A program made the position numbers and the translations under genes. A stretch of DNA of 31,819 nucleotides, from contig CALWKJ010000001.1 in assembly GCA_944381225.1 (NCBI GenBank), positions 1-31,819 on the forward strand, given 5' to 3'. Positions 25,824-31,819 of the stretch are shown in pieces; the first letter of the stretch is position 1; each line of letters opens with the position of its first letter. Source of the DNA: an uncultured Clostridia bacterium (lineage in GTDB: Bacteria > Bacillota > Clostridia > Christensenellales > UBA1242). The notes below the pieces were generated by a model. It was not told the DNA's origin, searched no databases, and saw nothing but the letters and a program-made list of their open reading frames with translations.

Positions 25824-27155
25824 ATGGAAACAATAGCACAAATTTCAACTCCACTTGGAAGTGGAGGCATAGCAATAGTAAGAATGAGTGGAGAAAAGGC
25901 TAAAGAGATAGCCTTTAAAGTTTTTCAAGCAAAAAATTTAAGTATGGAAAACATTGAGCCTCGCAAATTATATTTAGGAGATTTTTATTTAAAACAAGCA
26001 ACCGAAAAATGTATGATGGTTTTTTTTGAAGGTCCAAAATCTTTTACTGGCGAAGATGTAATAGAATTTCAAATTCATGGCGGCGAATTTTTGGCAACTA
26101 AAGTTTTAGAAACTTTGTTAAAAAATGGATGCAAGTTAGCAGAAAACGGAGAATTTTCAAAAAGAGCGTTTATGAATGGAAAAATGTCTTTAAATGAAGC
26201 AGAAGCAATGATAGATATAATAAACGCAACTAGCGATGCTGAAATTAAAGCTACAAGTTTGCTGTTTAGTGGCAAATTGACAAAACAGTTAAAATCAATT
26301 CAAAATGAGTTAAAAAATTGTTTAGTAGATTTAGAAGTTTCAATAGACTATCCTGAACATGATGACGAATATGTTACAATAGAAAAAATTAAAGAAATTT
26401 TGCAAAATTCAAAAAAAGAAATAGAAAATCTCTTAAGCACAAGTTATGTTGGACAAAAAATTAAATTTGGAATAAACGTTGCAATAGTGGGTAAACCAAA
26501 TGTTGGAAAATCAAGTTTGTTAAATTGTTTAATTGGCGAAGACAGAGCAATAGTAACAGACATAAAGGGCACAACAAGAGATGTTTTAAAAGAAACAATA
26601 ACTTATAAGGGCATAAAACTAAATTTTTTAGACACTGCAGGAATAAGAGAAAGCGAAGATAAAGTGGAAAAAATAGGAATTGAAAGAAGTAAAAATTGTA
26701 TACAGCAAAGTGATATAGTTTTATGTGTGTTGGATGCCAGTGAAGAACTTGATGAGGAAGATAACAAGCTAATAGATGCTGTAAAAGGCAAAAATGTGAT
26801 TTATATTTTAAATAAAATAGATAAAAACATAAAACTAAATTTAAAAAACGGAATTTTGGTTAGTGCTGCAACTGGTGAAAATATTGAAAAATTAAAAGAA
26901 GAAATAATTAAACTAGCCAAGGTTAACAATATAGATTTTTCACAAATTTATATAACAAATCAAAGGCATATTGAGGTTTTAAAAGAGGCACAAAAAGAAA
27001 TTGAAAAAGCCATTGTTTCAACAGATACAAACTTGGCAGACATAGTTGACATGCAAACCAAAAAAGTGTGGACAACATTAGGAAAAATAACAGGAGAAAG
27101 CGAAGCAGAAAATATAATTGAAGAAATATTTTCAAAGTTTTGTTTGGGAAAGTAA
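25824..27155 (+). CDS. mnmE: tRNA modification GTPase MnmE (TrmE)
   Basis: ETIAQISTPLGSGGIAIVRMSG, SFTGEDVIE, GKPNVGKSSLLN, GTTRD, DTAGIR, FCLGK; start assigned to ATG 25824. Confidence 0.98.
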   Translation: METIAQISTPLGSGGIAIVRMSGEKAKEIAFKVFQAKNLSMENIEPRKLYLGDFYLKQATEKCMMVFFEGPKSFTGEDVIEFQIHGGEFLATKVLETLLKNGCKLAENGEFSKRAFMNGKMSLNEAEAMIDIINATSDAEIKATSLLFSGKLTKQLKSIQNELKNCLVDLEVSIDYPEHDDEYVTIEKIKEILQNSKKEIENLLSTSYVGQKIKFGINVAIVGKPNVGKSSLLNCLIGEDRAIVTDIKGTTRDVLKETITYKGIKLNFLDTAGIRESEDKVEKIGIERSKNCIQQSDIVLCVLDASEELDEEDNKLIDAVKGKNVIYILNKIDKNIKLNLKNGILVSAATGENIEKLKEEIIKLAKVNNIDFSQIYITNQRHIEVLKEAQKEIEKAIVSTDTNLADIVDMQTKKVWTTLGKITGESEAENIIEEIFSKFCLGK

Positions 27156-27178
27156 AATAATTACAACTGGTGAAAAAA

Positions 27179-29056
27179 ATGAATAAAACAAATTATTATT
27201 TTGATGCGATAGTTATAGGCGCAGGACATGCAGGATGTGAGGCAGCTTTTGCTTTGGCACGTTTAAATAAAAAAACATTGCTATTGACTATAAATTTAGA
27301 TTCAATAGGTTTTTTGCCATGCAATCCAAGTATTGGTGGAACGGCTAAAGGACATCTTGTTTGCGAAATAGATGCACTTGGTGGAGAAATGGGTGTTAAT
27401 ACTGATAAAAGTGCAATTCAAATAAGAATGTTAAATTTGGGAAAGGGACCGGCAGTTTACTCGCTTAGAGCGCAAGTGGACAAGCAGTTGTATCACAATA
27501 ACATAAAAAGAGCATTGGAAGAAAATTCGAATATCTATATAAAACAAGCAGAAGCAAAACAATTAATAATAAAAGAAAAACAAATTGTAGGAGTCGAAAC
27601 AGTTCAAGGCGAAAAATATTACTGTAAAACTGTTGTAGTTTGCACAGGAGTGTATTTAAAAAGCAAAATAATTATTGGTGAATACTTTAAAGAAAGTGGT
27701 CCAAATGGATTTTTAAGAGCTGAAAACTTAACAGAAAGCTTATTAAAAAACAACATAACCATAAGAAGATTTAAAACAGGAACACCAGCCAGAATGAATG
27801 GCAGAACAATAGATTTTTCAAAATTAGTTGTTCAAAAAGGTGATGAAAATATTCAAAGTTTTAGTTTTATTTCAAAACAACAGCCTAAAAATGTTGCAGT
27901 GTGCTATTTGACATATACAAATCAAAACACACATGACATTATAAGGGCAAATTTGTCAAGAGCACCAATGTTTAGTGGAGTAATAAAAGGCGTTGGCCCA
28001 AGATATTGTCCATCAATAGAAGATAAAATTGTAAGATTTAAAGATAAAGAAAGGCATCAAATATTTTTAGAGCCAGAGGGATTATACACAAATGAAATAT
28101 ATGTTCAGGGTGTATCTACTTCCCTGCCCGTAGACGTTCAAAAACAAATGTATAAAACTATTGAAGGGTTGGAAAATGCAGAAATAATGAGAGATGCTTA
28201 TGCAATAGAATACGATTGCATAGACAGTACAGAATTGAAACCAAGTTTGGAATACAAAACAATAAAGGGGTTGTTTTTTGCAGGACAAATAAACGGAACA
28301 AGTGGTTACGAAGAAGCGGCGGCACAAGGTATAATTGCAGGCATAAACGCAAGCAGATTTATTGATAATAAACAGCCTTTGATTTTGGGCAGAAATGAAG
28401 CATATATTGGGGTTTTGATTGATGATTTGGTTACAAAAGGAACAAACGAACCATATAGAATGATGACATCAAGGGCAGAATATAGACTTTTTTTAAGACA
28501 AGACAATGCAGATGTTAGATTGACAGAGATTGGCAGAAAAATTGGACTTGTAAGTGATGAAAGATGGAATATTTATCAAAATAAAAAAAATCAAATACAA
28601 AAAGTATTTTTACTTTTAAAAACAAAAATAAAAATTGATGAAAGATTGCAAAATTTTTATAAAAAGCATAATGAATCTGTTCCAACAACATCACAAACTG
28701 TTTATAAAATGATAAAACGAAGCAATATAAATATTTTTGATGTAAATGACGAATATCATTTATTTGATGAATTTAGTCAAAGAGTTTTAGAATACGTTAA
28801 CACAGAAGTAAAATTTGAAGGATATATAAATCAAGAAAAAGAAGATATAAAGAAATTTAAAGAACAAGAAAAGTTGATTATTCCTGAAAATTTAGATTAT
28901 AATTTACTAAAAGGATTAAGACTAGAAGCTCAACAAAAACTAAATAAAATAAGACCACAAAATATTGGACAGGCATCAAGAATTTCTGGAGTATCCCCTG
29001 CCGATGTTACAATTTTAATAATGTATGTAAAATCTATGGAAAAAAGAAAAATATGA
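27179..29056 (+). CDS. mnmG: tRNA uridine-5-carboxymethylaminomethyl modification enzyme MnmG (GidA)
   Basis: [62 protein letters not shown]; GGTGA SD favours ATG 27179. Confidence 0.99.
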   Translation: MNKTNYYFDAIVIGAGHAGCEAAFALARLNKKTLLLTINLDSIGFLPCNPSIGGTAKGHLVCEIDALGGEMGVNTDKSAIQIRMLNLGKGPAVYSLRAQVDKQLYHNNIKRALEENSNIYIKQAEAKQLIIKEKQIVGVETVQGEKYYCKTVVVCTGVYLKSKIIIGEYFKESGPNGFLRAENLTESLLKNNITIRRFKTGTPARMNGRTIDFSKLVVQKGDENIQSFSFISKQQPKNVAVCYLTYTNQNTHDIIRANLSRAPMFSGVIKGVGPRYCPSIEDKIVRFKDKERHQIFLEPEGLYTNEIYVQGVSTSLPVDVQKQMYKTIEGLENAEIMRDAYAIEYDCIDSTELKPSLEYKTIKGLFFAGQINGTSGYEEAAAQGIIAGINASRFIDNKQPLILGRNEAYIGVLIDDLVTKGTNEPYRMMTSRAEYRLFLRQDNADVRLTEIGRKIGLVSDERWNIYQNKKNQIQKVFLLLKTKIKIDERLQNFYKKHNESVPTTSQTVYKMIKRSNINIFDVNDEYHLFDEFSQRVLEYVNTEVKFEGYINQEKEDIKKFKEQEKLIIPENLDYNLLKGLRLEAQQKLNKIRPQNIGQASRISGVSPADVTILIMYVKSMEKRKI

Positions 29057-29754
29057 AAGACGAAATTAAACAAATATTTACAAAATACAACTTAGAATAT
29101 GACGAAAATAAAATAGAACAGTTAGTTAAATTCTATAAATTTGTTATTGAAAAAAACAAAGTTATGAACTTAACTAACATTGTTAACGAAAAAGAGTTTA
29201 TTTTAAAAAATATTCTTGACAGCGTGTTGCCAGAAAAATATATTAAACAAAATTCAAGTTTAATTGATGTTGGTGCAGGAGCTGGATTCCCTTCTGTACC
29301 ATTAAAAATTTTAAGACCGGATTTAAATATAACAATGCTTGATAGTTTAAACAAAAGAGTTGTGTTTTTAAACGAAGTTATAAGTGTTTTAAATTTAAAA
29401 AATATACAAGCCGTTCATTCAAGAGCAGAAGATTATGCAAAAAATCAAAGAGAATCATATGACGTTTGTGTGTCAAGAGCTGTTGCAAGATTAAACACTC
29501 TTTTAGAATATTGTTTGCCTCTTGTAAAAGTTGGTGGAATATTTATAGCTTATAAAAGCCTTAAAGCCGACGAAGAAATAATAGAGTCAGAAAAAGCTTT
29601 AGATATTTTGGGTGGAAATATTGAAAATAAGCAAAATGTAACAATAGATGAAATAAATTCTATTCGTGAAAACATTATTATAAGAAAAAAAAATACAACG
29701 CCAAAAAAATATCCAAGAAATAAAAATTTGCCAAAAATTAAACCAATTTGTTAA
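29053..29754 (+). CDS. rsmG: 16S rRNA m7G527 methyltransferase RsmG (GidB)
   Basis: [40 protein letters not shown]. Confidence 0.97.
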   Translation: MKDEIKQIFTKYNLEYDENKIEQLVKFYKFVIEKNKVMNLTNIVNEKEFILKNILDSVLPEKYIKQNSSLIDVGAGAGFPSVPLKILRPDLNITMLDSLNKRVVFLNEVISVLNLKNIQAVHSRAEDYAKNQRESYDVCVSRAVARLNTLLEYCLPLVKVGGIFIAYKSLKADEEIIESEKALDILGGNIENKQNVTIDEINSIRENIIIRKKNTTPKKYPRNKNLPKIKPIC

Positions 29755-29755
29755 G

Positions 29756-29781
29756 AAAACTCGTAAAAAACGAGTTTTTTT
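29756..29781 (+). terminator. Terminator after rsmG
   Basis: AAAACTCGT-AAAAA-ACGAGTTTTTTT. Confidence 0.85.
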
Positions 29782-30062
29782 GTTTTTAATTAAATTTTAA
29801 TTTGAGTTTGTAGAACAATTTTTTTTATTACAATAATTTGTAGTATTTACACTTGCAAATAATAAAAAATATTTGTGTGTTTTTGTATGCTTTTATTTTA
29901 AACATTTTAATTATTTTTAAAATATTAAGATTAAATTATTTTAATTATTTTGTGTTTTATAGTTGGCAATAGTCTACAATAATTTAAATTCTGTAGCGCT
30001 TGTATTTATTAAATATAATAAAAAATTCTTTTTTGCAATAATTTTGTTGTTTTATAAAATTA

Positions 30063-30092
30063 TTGATTTTTTTTGTTAAAATATGATATAAT
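30063..30092 (+). promoter_or_regulatory. Sigma-A promoter of parAB
   Basis: TTGATT-18-TGaTATAAT. Confidence 0.7.
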
Positions 30093-30129
30093 TCATTTAG
30101 AAAATTTATGGTAATGTGTTGAGGTTGAC

Positions 30130-30945
30130 ATGGGAAAAATAATTGCGTTTGCAAATCAAAAAGGTGGAGTTGGTAAAACAACAACATGCATAAATGTTGC
30201 GGCTTACATGGCTGCAATGGGCAAAAATGTTTTAATTGTAGATATGGACCCACAAGGAAACGCAACAAGTGGTGTTGGAATTGATAAAAGTTCAAAATTA
30301 AAAACCTTATATAATGTAATTACTAAGGAATCTTATGTTGAAGAGGTAATTTTAAATACAAAAATAACAGGATTAGACATTATTCCGTCAACAGTAGACT
30401 TGGCAGGTGCTGAAATTGACCTTGTTCAAATGAATTCAAAACATGTTGTAAAAAATTCTTTGAACAAATTAAAAGGCAAATATGATTTCATTTTAATAGA
30501 TTGTCCCCCATCACTTGGAATGCTTACTGTAAACGCTTTAACTTCAGCCGATTCAGTAATAATTCCAATACAATGCGAGTTTTTTGCTTTGGAAGGGCTT
30601 ACACAACTTATGAACACCATAAGGCTTATTATCCATCATTTAAACCCAGAGTTAAAAATTGAAGGCGTTGTTTTAACTATGAAAGACAATCGCTCTAATT
30701 TGGTTGCACAAGTAAGCGAAGAAGTTAGAAAATTTTTTAATACAAAAGTATATGACACTTATATTCCAAGAAATATACGCTTGGCAGAAGCTCCAAGTCA
30801 TGGCATGCCTATACTTCTATACGACACATCATCAAAGGGCGCAAATGCATATCAGAGTTTAACCGAAGAAATTTTAAATAGAAATAAAACAAGTTATAAA
30901 AAAATAACTAAAAATACAAAAATTAATTTAAGAGGAGAAAAGTGA
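30130..30945 (+). CDS. parA: Chromosome partitioning ATPase ParA/Soj
   Basis: NQKGGVGKTTT deviant Walker A, DMDPQGNAT, LIDCPPSLG, QCEFFALEG, RNIRLAEAPSHG. Confidence 0.98.
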   Translation: MGKIIAFANQKGGVGKTTTCINVAAYMAAMGKNVLIVDMDPQGNATSGVGIDKSSKLKTLYNVITKESYVEEVILNTKITGLDIIPSTVDLAGAEIDLVQMNSKHVVKNSLNKLKGKYDFILIDCPPSLGMLTVNALTSADSVIIPIQCEFFALEGLTQLMNTIRLIIHHLNPELKIEGVVLTMKDNRSNLVAQVSEEVRKFFNTKVYDTYIPRNIRLAEAPSHGMPILLYDTSSKGANAYQSLTEEILNRNKTSYKKITKNTKINLRGEK

Positions 30946-31819
30946 TGGCACAAAAGAAAATGGGATTGGGCAAAGGACTCGGAGCGCTGTTGTCAATTTA
31001 TGATGAAGAAGTTGAAGAACTTAACACAAAAAATGATGTTAATGAAGGAAACGAAAAAAGAAGCGAAAATGTAAAAATATCAAATGGAGTAAATGAAATA
31101 GATATAAAACTAATTCACGCAAATCCAAATCAGCCAAGAAAAAATTTCAACGAAGAAGCATTAAACGAATTGGCGGCATCAATTAAAACTCATGGCGTAA
31201 TACAACCTATTGTGGTAAACCAAGATGATGACGGATATATGATTATTGCCGGAGAAAGAAGATGGAGAGCTTCAAAGATAGCCGGATTAGATACGATTCC
31301 ATGTGTTGTTAAGCATTATACAGAAAGACAAATTAAAGAAATTTCAATAATAGAAAATTTGCAAAGAGAAGATTTAAATCCAATAGAGGCAGCAAGAGCA
31401 ATAAAACAACTTATGGACGAATACAATTTTACTCAAGAAACAGTTGCTGACAGAATTGGTATAAGTAGGCCAAATATAGCAAACACCTTAAGATTATTGT
31501 CATTAAGTCCCGAAGTTATTAAACTAGTGGAACAAAATAAATTAACAGCTGGTCACGCAAGATGTCTTGTTGTAATAAATGATGCAAAAGCACAGTTAAA
31601 GTTCGCAATGGCGGCCTGTGACGGTAAAATTACAGTAAGAGAACTTGAAAAATTGGTAAAACAATATTTAAATCCCAAGGCAAGCACAAAAAACACTCCC
31701 CCAGAGCAAAGCATGGAACTTAAAGAGCTTATTAATGAAATGCAAAGAGTATTTGCAACAAAAGTTTCTGCAATTGGAAGTGATAGAAAAGGAAGAATAT
31801 ATATAGATTATTATTCTAG
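30945..31819 (+). CDS. parB: Chromosome partitioning CTPase ParB/Spo0J, 3'-truncated by the window edge (missing from the ORF track)
   Basis: MAQKKMGLGKGLGALL, NPNQPRK, HGVIQPIVV, IIAGERRWRA, IENLQREDLNPIE, SRPNIANTLRLL, AGHAR; GAGGAG RBS; frame open to the edge. Confidence 0.97.
   Translation, partial: MAQKKMGLGKGLGALLSIYDEEVEELNTKNDVNEGNEKRSENVKISNGVNEIDIKLIHANPNQPRKNFNEEALNELAASIKTHGVIQPIVVNQDDDGYMIIAGERRWRASKIAGLDTIPCVVKHYTERQIKEISIIENLQREDLNPIEAARAIKQLMDEYNFTQETVADRIGISRPNIANTLRLLSLSPEVIKLVEQNKLTAGHARCLVVINDAKAQLKFAMAACDGKITVRELEKLVKQYLNPKASTKNTPPEQSMELKELINEMQRVFATKVSAIGSDRKGRIYIDYYS

Noticed and set aside
997-27172. Upstream-extended starts in the ORF track (997, 4103, 9186, 13511, 15399, 17508, 20190, 20293, 25815, 27170)
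   Set aside because: Downstream starts have proper SD spacing or match homolog N-termini, and several extensions run through the predicted promoter.
29753-29858. Antisense promoter (TTGCAA-17-TATTGT) giving a ~70-nt RNA ending at the rsmG terminator
   Set aside because: The predicted RNA is nearly all A/U and unstructured, and such promoter matches are frequent in very AT-rich DNA.
612-30620. Many short ORF-track entries antisense to or nested in real genes (e.g. 612-806, 1365-1613, 6911-7207, 13063-13488, 22410-22811, 29984-30295)
   Set aside because: Shadow frames of codon-biased genes, with no RBS, promoter or recognisable motifs.
1-31819. CRISPR array, IS element, rRNA, tmRNA/SRP/6S/RNase P RNA, or Mollicute genetic code 4
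   Set aside because: No spaced repeats, transposase or GC-rich structural RNA stretch seen; TGA acts as a stop (parA), and the long ORFs are intact under code 11.

Overview
AT-rich (visually ~25-30% GC) Firmicute chromosome, most like an uncultured Clostridia lineage, using the standard code. The window spans the replication origin. The right half is a housekeeping run, all on the + strand: dnaA-oriC-dnaN-rpmH-rnpA-yidD-yidC-jag/eloR-mnmE-mnmG-rsmG-parA-parB (parB is cut by the window edge). This order is non-canonical: dnaA-dnaN sits head-to-tail with rpmH instead of divergent, and yaaA/recF/gyrB/gyrA are absent. The left half mixes housekeeping genes (greA, T-box-controlled thrS, leuS, rpsT, holA, comEC, tRNA-Glu(CUC), long-form gltX) with about ten ORFans that I cannot assign to a family with confidence. 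I found no mobile element, CRISPR array or recognisable defence system. Best leads: (1) a divergon pairing a signal-less fibre-like protein (predicted trimeric coiled coil) with two diverged paralogous membrane-anchored helical proteins upstream of gltX; (2) a structured, possibly two-state leader RNA in front of rpmH-rnpA; (3) an M16 pseudo-peptidase with two active-site substitutions; (4) the rearranged compact origin, with a DnaA whose R399-equivalent is Lys; (5) a probable leaderless mnmE mRNA and an attenuator-like greA leader. All family calls come from by-eye motif recognition; no database search or folding program was run.
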